From Planctomycetota bacterium (lineage in GTDB: Bacteria; Planctomycetota; UBA8108; SXIK01): a DNA stretch of 64,000 nucleotides. The stretch spans positions 2,496,001 through 2,560,000 of the forward strand of contig OZ244999.1 of the NCBI GenBank assembly GCA_965223265.1. Direction: 5' to 3'. Both the position numbers and the translations under genes were made by a program. This document shows, piece by piece, positions 37,037 through 46,000 of this stretch (positions are counted from its first letter, which is position 1; the number at the start of each line of letters is the position of its first letter). The notes beneath the pieces are model-generated. The model was not told where the DNA came from and did no database searches. It saw only the letters and a list, made by a program, of their open reading frames with translations.

Positions 37037-37528
37037 GTGGAAAAAGTCGCACTGTTCGTCGACGTGCAAAACATCTACTACACGACGAAAGAGGCTCACG
37101 GCTGCCACTTCGACTACCGATCGTTTTGGCAGGCGGCGACCTCTGGACGGCAGGTCGTCGGCGCGAACGCTTACGCGATCGACCGTGGCGATGGAACGCA
37201 GAGGCGCTTTCAGGAGATCCTCAAGCAGATTGGCTTCGAGGTCAAGCTGAAGCCGTTCATTCGACGCCGCGACGGCTCCGCCAAGGGCGATTGGGATGTC
37301 GGGATCGCCCTCGACATGATGGAGTATGCCGAAGTTGCCGACGTGCTCGTCTTGGCCTCGGGCGACGGAGACTTCGATCTCGCTCTCCGGCGTGCGAAAG
37401 ACAAGTTCGACGCCGCCACGGAGGTGTATGGCGTCGCCGGACTGACGGCTGCCTCCCTGATCAGTGCGGCGTCGCGCTACATACCGGTTCAGGGCGAGCT
37501 GCTTCTGGATCCAGGCGAGAAGAAATAG
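37037..37528 (+). CDS. NYN domain (LabA/DUF88, PIN-fold) protein
   Basis: FVDVQN, KGDWDVGIALD, LASGDGDF. Confidence 0.9.
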   Translation: MEKVALFVDVQNIYYTTKEAHGCHFDYRSFWQAATSGRQVVGANAYAIDRGDGTQRRFQEILKQIGFEVKLKPFIRRRDGSAKGDWDVGIALDMMEYAEVADVLVLASGDGDFDLALRRAKDKFDAATEVYGVAGLTAASLISAASRYIPVQGELLLDPGEKK

Positions 37529-37684
37529 ACCGTTGCCGCAGAAACCAGGTGAACCGCTGGCAAGCTCACAGAGCGCTGACGTCCATACGCTCGCACATCG
37601 CCCCGGCGCGGCGCGCGTCTAATGAGCCGCAGGCTGCTAACGCTCCACTCGAGGCGAGTGCGGGTTTCAACCAGTGACTGGCTG

Positions 37685-38164
37685 CTAGCCAGAAACAGGA
37701 ATTTTTTTGCGAGCCTTCTTTGCCTTCTCCGTCTTGGGCAGCGTCACCGTAAGGACGCCCCTTTTGAACTTTGCGTCGACCCGCTCCGATTCGATTTCCG
37801 TTGGTAGAGGGATGATCCGCTCGAATCTGCCGAAAGAACTTTCCTTGATTTGAATACCCTCTTCGGTGCGTTCCGACTCGTCTTTCTTCTCCCCTCGGAT
37901 GGTCAATGAGTTCTCGTCGAGCAGGAGCTCTACGTTCTTTTCGTCCATGCCTGGAAGTTCCGCCTTCACTTTGATGTTCGCGTCAGTTTCCGAGATGTCG
38001 ACTGTCGGCGAAAACGAACCATCATCGTCGCTAAAACGCAGCGGCTGCGTGAAGAAGTTGTCGAAGAGACGATTCACTTCCCGGCGGAAAGCTGTGACCG
38101 AGTCATCTCCGCTCTGACGTGCGGCAGCGCGCGTTTTCCATGGCACGAGGTCGGTGAATTTCAT
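37685..38164 (-). CDS. Small heat-shock protein Hsp20
   Basis: PTVDISE, AELPG, LTIRGEK, FGRFERIIPLP, AKFKRGVLTVTLPK; AGGAG RBS. Confidence 0.93.
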   Translation of the reverse strand: MKFTDLVPWKTRAAARQSGDDSVTAFRREVNRLFDNFFTQPLRFSDDDGSFSPTVDISETDANIKVKAELPGMDEKNVELLLDENSLTIRGEKKDESERTEEGIQIKESSFGRFERIIPLPTEIESERVDAKFKRGVLTVTLPKTEKAKKARKKIPVSG

Positions 38165-38263
38165 GGCCTATACTCCTTTCTTGAGCAGGGGCCGCACCGC
38201 GGCCGCTGCGGCGCTCGAATTACGACGCGGAATGTTGCCGGACCGGCATCACTCAAAAGCGAA

Positions 38264-38279
38264 AGCAAAACATGTGCCG
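38264..38279 (-). promoter_or_regulatory. Putative sigma54 (-24/-12) promoter for hsp20
   Basis: Minus strand CGGCACATGTTTTGCT fits GG-N10-GC (consensus TGGCAC-N5-TTGCW), 100 bp upstream of the hsp20 ATG. Confidence 0.55.
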
Positions 38280-38506
38280 CTGGCACACCACTTTTTGTGC
38301 GCTGCTCGATCCGCTGCTGGACGCCGAAACGGGGAGGGGGCACGTGCACGAGCGCGGATTTTTCTTCAGAGCTCGGAAAATGACGCATCCTCGGTCGGCG
38401 GATTTTTCCACGGAGCGTGTACACACGCGTCACGTTGCGCGTGGAACGAAATGTGCGCTTTTTCTCCGCGAAAGTTCCGTCAGTTGAATCCTCTCGCGAG
38501 AAAATC

Positions 38507-39511
38507 ATGGCCTCGATTCAGTTCGGAGTGTCGGCCTTGGTGATCGTCACCTGCGGCGTCGCGCTGACGCGTTTTGCTGACGCGATGGCGAGCCACACCC
38601 GGCTGGGACGACTCTGGATCGGAACACTGTTTCTCGCTGCTGCTACGTCGCTGCCAGAGCTTTCAGTCGACATCGCGGCTGCGCGGCGTGGTCTCCCGGA
38701 TGTCGCCGTGGGAGATCTGCTGGGGAGCAGCCTCTTCAATCTCCTGATTCTCGCAGTGCTCGATCTCTCTCGTCTGGCGCGCGGTCACCTGCTGTCGCGA
38801 GCGGCGTCGGCGCACGCTCTCGCCGGAGTCGTGGGGATTGTCCTGATCGCATTGGCCGCCGGCTCGATCCTCCTTGGGTCACTCGCAAATGTCGGGTCGA
38901 TTGGCTGGGGCAGCTTGGCGATCGCTGCTGCGTACATGCTGTGTGTGCGTCTCGTCTACTGCGACCAGATATGGACTGCTGGTGCCAACGGTGGGGCGCT
39001 TGAGGCTAAACGGCCATCGCCGAGCCGGCTCTCACTTCGACAGGCGGTGCTTGGATTCTCGTTGACAGCCGGTGGGATCCTCGTCGCCGGGCCTGTTCTC
39101 GCCTCCTCGGCTGGGGAGTTGGCAGAACAAACGGGATTGGGCGACACGTTCGTAGGTACGACCCTCGTCGCTCTCGCAACGTCGCTCCCCGAACTCGTCA
39201 CGACGCTCACCGCGTTGCGCATTGGTGCGATCGATTTGGCCGTTGGTAATATCTATGGCAGCAACGCCCTAAATGTGTTTCTTCTCGCCGTGGTCGACTT
39301 TGCCTATGAAAAGCCTCTGCTATCTGTGGTTTCCTCGCTCCACGTTTTCACTTGCCTGGCCACAGTCATTATGACGGGTATCGCTGTCCTCTCGCAGCTT
39401 GCGCATATGGATGGACGTGGACGCGCCGTGAAGCCAGGTGCATGGCTGATCATCGCGCTCGCTCTCGGTGCCCTTGGCGTGATCTATTCTCTACGTGACG
39501 GGCTCTCATGA
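38507..39511 (+). CDS. Sodium:calcium antiporter (CaCA/YrbG family)
   Basis: Two alpha repeats ATSLPEL...GDLLGSSLFN and ATSLPEL...GNIYGSNALN. Confidence 0.9.
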   Translation: MASIQFGVSALVIVTCGVALTRFADAMASHTRLGRLWIGTLFLAAATSLPELSVDIAAARRGLPDVAVGDLLGSSLFNLLILAVLDLSRLARGHLLSRAASAHALAGVVGIVLIALAAGSILLGSLANVGSIGWGSLAIAAAYMLCVRLVYCDQIWTAGANGGALEAKRPSPSRLSLRQAVLGFSLTAGGILVAGPVLASSAGELAEQTGLGDTFVGTTLVALATSLPELVTTLTALRIGAIDLAVGNIYGSNALNVFLLAVVDFAYEKPLLSVVSSLHVFTCLATVIMTGIAVLSQLAHMDGRGRAVKPGAWLIIALALGALGVIYSLRDGLS

Positions 39512-40326
39512 CGACACCCCGCTCTACCGCACTGAAGCTCCGCTCAACGATCGTCGAGCCTCACAGGTTGAGTCGCGAGGACGTGCTGGGAGTTCTCGGA
39601 AGTGATCAACAAGTAGGCTTAACAGTCGCCGAAGCACAGCAGCGTGTCAAAGAGTGCGGCTGGAACGAGATCGCTACCGCGCCGCCGATCCCATTGTGGC
39701 GGAAGTTCGCTGCACAGTTCCGAGAGTTGGTGATCTGGATTCTCATCGTCGCGGCCCTTCTCTTCGGTGTTCTCGGTGATTGGCCCGATGCGCTCGCCAT
39801 TCTGACGATCGTCGTCCTGAACGCGTTTCTCGGTTTTCTTCAGCAGGAACGGGCAGAGCGTTCTCTCAACGCTCTGAGGAAACTCTCGGCGCCGCAAGCC
39901 AAGTCAATTCGCGGTGGTTTGCTGCAGGTCGTGCCGACTAGAGAGTTGGTGCCTGGGGATGTGATCGAGCTCGAGGCTGGCGATCACATTCCCGCCAACG
40001 CTCGAATTCTTGAGTCGTATGAACTCAAGGCGCAGGAGGCATCGCTGACAGGCGAATCCGTGGCAGCGAGCAAAGACCATCGAGCTCTCCTAGCCGGCGA
40101 CGCGGCAATAGGAGACCGCGTCAACATGGTGCACTTCGGCACGATCGTCGCAGCAGGCAAGGCAAGAGCGGTCGTTGTCCGCACGGGCATGGAAATCGAG
40201 CTCGGGCAGATTGCCGGGATGCTTCAAAGCTACGACCGTGAGCCAACTCCCCTGCAGCGTCGACTGCGGCAACTCGGAAGGCTCTCGTTTGGGACGGCGA
40301 CAGCGACTGTGGCATCGATCGGATGA
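39508..40326 (+). pseudogene. Truncated cation (Ca2+-type) P-type ATPase: N-domain, TM1-2 and actuator only
   Basis: GLT..EA..R...GWNEI, ELVPGD, EASLTGES, TGM..ELGQI, TPLQRRL, then a stop at 272 aa. No PEGL, DKTGT or GDGVND downstream. Confidence 0.8.
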
Positions 40327-40414
40327 GAACGCGCGTGGTAGAGGTCCAGGCGCTGATGAGTGAACGTAGCGATAGCGACGAACGAAAAGCCAACCAGACT
40401 ACGCGGAGGTGACC

Positions 40415-42853
40415 ATGGCGACTACACGCGGGAGCGCTCGTTATATCCGTTTTTTTGATGAGCTGAGTAGTGACGACGTTGCGCTGGTCGGGGGAAAGAA
40501 TGCCTCGCTCGGCGAGCTGTATCGCGAAATGACCGAAGAAGGCGTGCTTGTGCCGAACGGATTCGCTGTGACTTCACACGCTTATGTCGACATACTCGAG
40601 CGTGCGGGGGCGTGGCCGAAACTCCATAAGGCACTCGACGCACTCGACCCTGACGACACCGACGATCTTGTCCGGCGCGGACGAGAGGCCCGAGAGATTG
40701 TTCTGGCAGCCGAGTTTCCCGCGGAACTTCGTCGAGAAATCCGGGCTGCCTACGGCCAGTTGATGGAGGCGATCGGGCCGCAGGCGTCAGTTGCCGTGCG
40801 CAGCTCCGCCACGGCAGAGGATCTCCCGACGGCGAGTTTCGCCGGCCAGCAGGATACGTACCTCAATGTCAGCGGCGAGGCGGCACTCCTCGACGCATGC
40901 CGGAGATGCTTCGCGAGCCTTTTCACTGATCGCGCGATTCACTACCGCATCGATCAAGGTTTTGACCACTTCCAAGTCGCGTTGTCGATCGCCGTGCAGC
41001 AGATGGTCCGCTCTGATCTCGCTGCCAGCGGCGTCATGTTTTCTCTCGATACCGAGTCGGGCTTTCGTGACGTCGTGTTCATCACGAGCGCGTTCGGGCT
41101 CGGCGAGAACGTCGTGCAGGGCAGTGTCGACCCCGATGAGTTCTATGTTCACAAACCCACGTTCCAGAAAGGGCACCGCTGCGTCCTGCGAAGAACTCTT
41201 GGGGAAAAGAAGATCAAGATGATTTACGCGGACGGTCGCACGCGTGAGGCGACGCGCAACATTCCTACCTCGCGTCAGGACCGTGCCCGATTTTCGATCA
41301 GCGACGATGAAGTAATTATGCTCGCCGACTACGCGATTAAGGTCGAGAGGCACTACAGTCGGCGCGCAGGTGTGGATCGGCCGATGGACATGGAGTGGGC
41401 TAAGGACGGGCTGGACGGCAAGCTCTATCTGGTGCAAGCACGGCCGGAAACCGTGGTGTCGCAGTCGCGTGCGGACGTCCTCGAGACCTACGAACTGAGT
41501 GGGAGTGGGACTGTCGTCGCTCGCGGGCGTGCTGTCGGGACGAAAATAGCAACGGGGCCGGTGCGATTGATTCAAAGTGGGGGGCGCCTTGGCGAGCTCA
41601 AAGACGGGGAGGTGTTGGTTGCTGATACGACAACTCCCGACTGGGAGCCGCTGATGAAGACCGCCGCGGCGATCGTGACCAATCGCGGCGGCCGTACTTG
41701 TCACGCTGCGATCGTTGCACGCGAGCTGGGAATTCCGGCCGTGGTGGGGGCCACAAACGCAACGCAAGTCATGCGAAACGGTCAGATCGTGACGGTCTCC
41801 TGCGCCGAGGGCGAGATCGGAAAAGTCTACGACGACAAGTTGCCGTTCGAGATCAAAACGATCGATCTAGGTGGGCACGCGCGTCCCGCCACACATATCA
41901 TGGTCAATCTTGGAAACCCGGAGCTGGCCTTCAAGACGGGCCGCCTGCCAAGTGACGGCGTTGGCCTTGCACGTCTCGAGTTCATTATCAGCGAGTCGAT
42001 CAAAGCACATCCGATGGCTGTCGTTCACCCCGAGCGTGTGGAGGATGCAGCCGAGCGCCAGGCGCTACAGGAGCTAACACAGAATTACGATAGGCCAGCG
42101 GACTTTTTCGTCGAGCGACTGGCGGAAGGTGTCGGCACAATCGCCGCCGCCTTCTATCCCAGGCCCGTCGTGGTCAGGCTCTCTGACTTCAAGACGAATG
42201 AGTACGCCCAGCTTCTCGGCGGTCGGTGGTTTGAACCTGAGGAGAGCAATCCGATGCTCGGGTTTCGTGGTGCGTCACGCTACGCCCATCCAGCGTATGA
42301 GGAAGGGTTTGCCCTTGAGTGCGCCGCGATGCGTCGTGTGCGCGACGTGATGGGGCTCACTAACGTGAAGTTGATGATTCCTTTTTGTCGTCGTGTCGAC
42401 GAGGGCCGGAAGGTTCTTGACGTCATGGCTTCGCATGGGCTGCGACGGGGTGAGAATGGTCTGGAAGTTTTCGTCATGTGCGAGATCCCAAACAACGTCG
42501 TGCAGGTGGATGCTTTTGCTGAGATCTTCGACGGATTCTCCATCGGCTCGAACGACCTCACCCAACTGACGCTAGGTGTGGATCGTGACTCGGAACTCGT
42601 CGCGTTCGATTTCGACGAGCGTGATCCCGGGGTGCTCGATCTGATCAGCCAGGCGATCGCCGGCGCGAAACGAAGTGGGCGTCACTGCGGCATCTGTGGG
42701 CAAGCGCCGTCCGACTACCCTGAAGTAGCAGAGTTCCTCGTCCGGCATGGGATTGACTCGATCAGTCTCAACCCTGACAGCGTGCTAGCGACGTCGATGC
42801 GCATTCTAGAGGTCGAGAAAGAGCTCGGACGTAAACCTCGCAGCGCACCGTGA
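40415..42853 (+). CDS. ppsA: Phosphoenolpyruvate synthase
   Basis: VGGKNASLGE, VRSSATAEDLP.ASFAGQQ, DMEWA, VQARPET, GGRTCHAAIVARELG, NPMLGFRGA, MCEIP, IGSNDLTQ. Confidence 0.96.
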   Translation: MATTRGSARYIRFFDELSSDDVALVGGKNASLGELYREMTEEGVLVPNGFAVTSHAYVDILERAGAWPKLHKALDALDPDDTDDLVRRGREAREIVLAAEFPAELRREIRAAYGQLMEAIGPQASVAVRSSATAEDLPTASFAGQQDTYLNVSGEAALLDACRRCFASLFTDRAIHYRIDQGFDHFQVALSIAVQQMVRSDLAASGVMFSLDTESGFRDVVFITSAFGLGENVVQGSVDPDEFYVHKPTFQKGHRCVLRRTLGEKKIKMIYADGRTREATRNIPTSRQDRARFSISDDEVIMLADYAIKVERHYSRRAGVDRPMDMEWAKDGLDGKLYLVQARPETVVSQSRADVLETYELSGSGTVVARGRAVGTKIATGPVRLIQSGGRLGELKDGEVLVADTTTPDWEPLMKTAAAIVTNRGGRTCHAAIVARELGIPAVVGATNATQVMRNGQIVTVSCAEGEIGKVYDDKLPFEIKTIDLGGHARPATHIMVNLGNPELAFKTGRLPSDGVGLARLEFIISESIKAHPMAVVHPERVEDAAERQALQELTQNYDRPADFFVERLAEGVGTIAAAFYPRPVVVRLSDFKTNEYAQLLGGRWFEPEESNPMLGFRGASRYAHPAYEEGFALECAAMRRVRDVMGLTNVKLMIPFCRRVDEGRKVLDVMASHGLRRGENGLEVFVMCEIPNNVVQVDAFAEIFDGFSIGSNDLTQLTLGVDRDSELVAFDFDERDPGVLDLISQAIAGAKRSGRHCGICGQAPSDYPEVAEFLVRHGIDSISLNPDSVLATSMRILEVEKELGRKPRSAP

Positions 42854-43079
42854 CGGCTGTACATCGTTGATGCGTTCTCGCGCCTGGCTTGCGCAGGCGA
42901 TTTGTACCTGCGCCCGATCGGGCGCAGAGACGCTGTCCGGAAACGCGTTCGATCGAACCTGCTGCAAAGCTGAACGCTGGATTTTAGGGACAGGCATTCC
43001 TCTTCGTTTCCTCGTCCTTCAGACGTACAATCCATCGCTGGAGAAGGTCGATGACGCGATCAGCCCCGGAGGGTGGCAC

Positions 43080-46000
43080 ATGCCTTTAATTGCACGTTTT
43101 TTCGGCGCAATCTTGACCGTTTGGCTCCTGTTCTGCTCGTCGCTAGTCGGACAGGACTGTAACGGCAACGGCGTCGAGGACCGAGAGGACGTTCGTACTG
43201 GGACGAGCGAGGACTGTAACGGCGACGAAGTTCCCGATGAGTGCGAGTTCGCTCCACTACCTTTCGACGCCAGCGACAGCTTTCATATCCCAGGATCAGT
43301 CGTTGATCTGATCGCACGGGATTTCGACGGCGACTCCGAGCTTGACTTTGCCTTGAGCTACTCCGGCGGTGTGATGATGCATCTAAACCGCGGCGGCGGC
43401 GAATTCGACACTGTCAACCACCCCCTTGCCGGGACGAGTAGCCGCTGGGGTGCGGGTGACCTCGATGCCGACGGCGACGTCGATCTCGTCGCGCTCTTCG
43501 AGGATGGTGTTCGGGTGTTGGTCAATCGCGGCGATGGTCAGTTTGATGCGGGCGAGACGGTAGCGCTCCCGAACCTTCTCGGTATTGACGTCGGTGATCT
43601 CAACGGCGACGGAGCCGACGACATTGTCGTGGCGAACGGCGAGGAGGACCTGATTTCCGTGCTCATGGGGGCGCCCGACGGGGCGCTCTCTCCGAAAGTC
43701 GACTATCAGGTCGGCGACGAGCCGATTGGCGTCGCCCTCGGCGATATCGATGCGGACGGTGACCTTGATGTTGCCGCAGCGAACCAGACAGCGAACACGT
43801 TTAGTCTGTTGATCAACGACGGCGACGGGACCCTTCAGACGGCTGCTACAGTGCAGGTTGGAGGGGTACATCCAGAGTCGATCGGCATGGCTGACATGAA
43901 TGGCGACGGGCGAGCTGACGTCGTCGTGGGCGATGATTTCGTGCGCGTTTTCGTGCAGCAGGGCGACCTTGAGTTCACGCCTTCGCCGCCTTTTTTTGTC
44001 GGCTCGAGGTGGGTTGCCGATCTCGGATTCGGTGACCTTGATGAAGACGGCGACGTCGATGTCATTGCCGGTACGCGGACGCCTGGGGCGACGTACGGTC
44101 TCCTCAACGACGGGCAGGGTGTCCTGCGCTCAGGGACGAGCGTTGGCACCGGCACGGGCGCATTGGGGTCGGCGCATGGCGATTTCGACGGCGACGGAGA
44201 CCCCGACCTGGCGATCGGCGGCCGGCGTGACGACTCCGCGACGATTGAATGGAACAACGACGCGGCCCGAGCACATTTTGTTAAGGTCCTTGTCGAAGAT
44301 ACCGTACCGGTGTTCTTTGAGCCGCATGCTGGAGCACTCGCTGATGTCGACAAAGATGGCGATCTCGACCTACTCTTTGTCGACGGTGGTGCGAGTCTCT
44401 ATCTCATGCCAAACGATGGGCAAGGAACGTTCGCGCCTCGCTCTCCTGAACGTCAGTTTTCCATGCGCGCCAACGCTCTTTTTTCTCTGGTGGTGAAAGA
44501 CCTGAACGGAGACGGCAACCTTGACGCGGCCGCGATGAGTGACGTTCAGTGGCTGGTCCACGTGCTCCATGGCGACGGTCGGGGGGCGTTTGAGTACGAC
44601 ACTGCGTACACGATCGGCGCTGGGAGACCGTTTTTCATGAAGGACGTCGACTTGAACGGCGACGGACTCCCGGAGCTGCTGACAACGAATCAAGGCGACA
44701 ATTCACTCTCGATTCTTCGCAACTTGGGGCCGGACGGATTCGCGGATGCGGAGCTTCTCGATGTTGGCAGTGGGCCGACCTCAATCGCCGGTGCCGATCT
44801 TGATTCTGACGGCGATCAGGACGTGATCATCGCATCATCTCCGCTGATGATTTTCTTCAACGATGGCGAAGGGAATCTCTCGCGACGAGTTGATTTCGAG
44901 GGCGCCGGTGCGGCGTTTGTCGTCACCGATGACATGGACAGCGATGGCGATCTTGACATCATCACTGGCGGGGGATCTCCTTCGGTCGCTCTCTTTGAGA
45001 ACGACGGACGTGGTGGATTCCGTTTTCTCTCCGGCGTCAATACGCAGACCTCCGTCCACTCGCTCGCGACGGGTGATCTGAACGGCGACACGCGCGTGGA
45101 TGTGATTACCTCGAACAGTGTGAACGGCACCATTTCGTTGGTGATCAATCTCGGCGGCGGTGAACTCGAAGTCGTGCGCGAGCTCGTCGTCGGCGAAGGA
45201 ACACGATTCGCTCCGGTCGGTGACATCGACGGCGACAACGATCTAGACATCGTCGCCCTGAACCACGACACGAAGGACTACACGGTCGTCCGGAATCGCT
45301 TTGTCGGGGAAGTTGGAAGGCCATTCCTCGAGGGCGTCTGTACGGAGGGGGATTTCTTCTCGATCTCGGCGCCGTCAACGGTGAGTAGCGAGGTGCGGCG
45401 AGTGACGAAGTATCTCCTGCCGGCCGATCCGAGCGATCCCGAGCTGCTGCCGCCTCTCTTTCACAACGTGCGGCGTTACCCTCTGCACCAACAGTTCCTG
45501 GCGGCCGAGTTTGCGGACCGGTTCGCCGTCGAGTTTTACAGTCAGCTCGTCGGTGATCGCGCCACGCGTAAGTACTTCAGCGGCGCGGTGTTTTTTCTCC
45601 AGACCGAAGAAGGCCGGCGCTATGGGTACAACGTTCTCACGAACTTTGACTCTGACGCGAGCGAGCTGCCAACGTTCGAGGAGGTGCGCGGGGTTCACGA
45701 GCAGATGTTGGAAGCTTTCACTCTCAGACCTCTCTTTTACTTTCCGAATTCGCGCATAACACGCGAGGACGCTGCCACCTGGCCGGACACTAGCTTCGTT
45801 CACTTCGGCGAAGCTGACCCGGAGCTGTCGTTCCAGGCGTACACGCAGGGCGTCGGATTCGGCCGCGTGCGGCTGCACACACGCGCTAGCTTCGACGCCG
45901 CCAACGAGAGCGGGCTCATCAGTTTTCAAGACATCATCGTGCTTGACCACGCTCCCCGCGATATCGAGGGCGTGGTGAGCGGCGTAGTGACGGCGGAGCC

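Noticed and set aside
36076-37677. 533-aa + strand ORF
   Set aside because: Antisense to the ceramidase-like gene and out of frame over the NYN gene; no recognisable motifs.
38165-38225. ROSE-type RNA thermometer before hsp20
   Set aside because: The GC-rich leader can pair, but I could not see a convincing U(U/C)GCU-to-SD stem; needs folding analysis.
42987-42995. GGGACAGG upstream of the secreted dikinase gene, matching the array core
   Set aside because: Only 8 bp and lacks the GAACCT arm; expected by chance.
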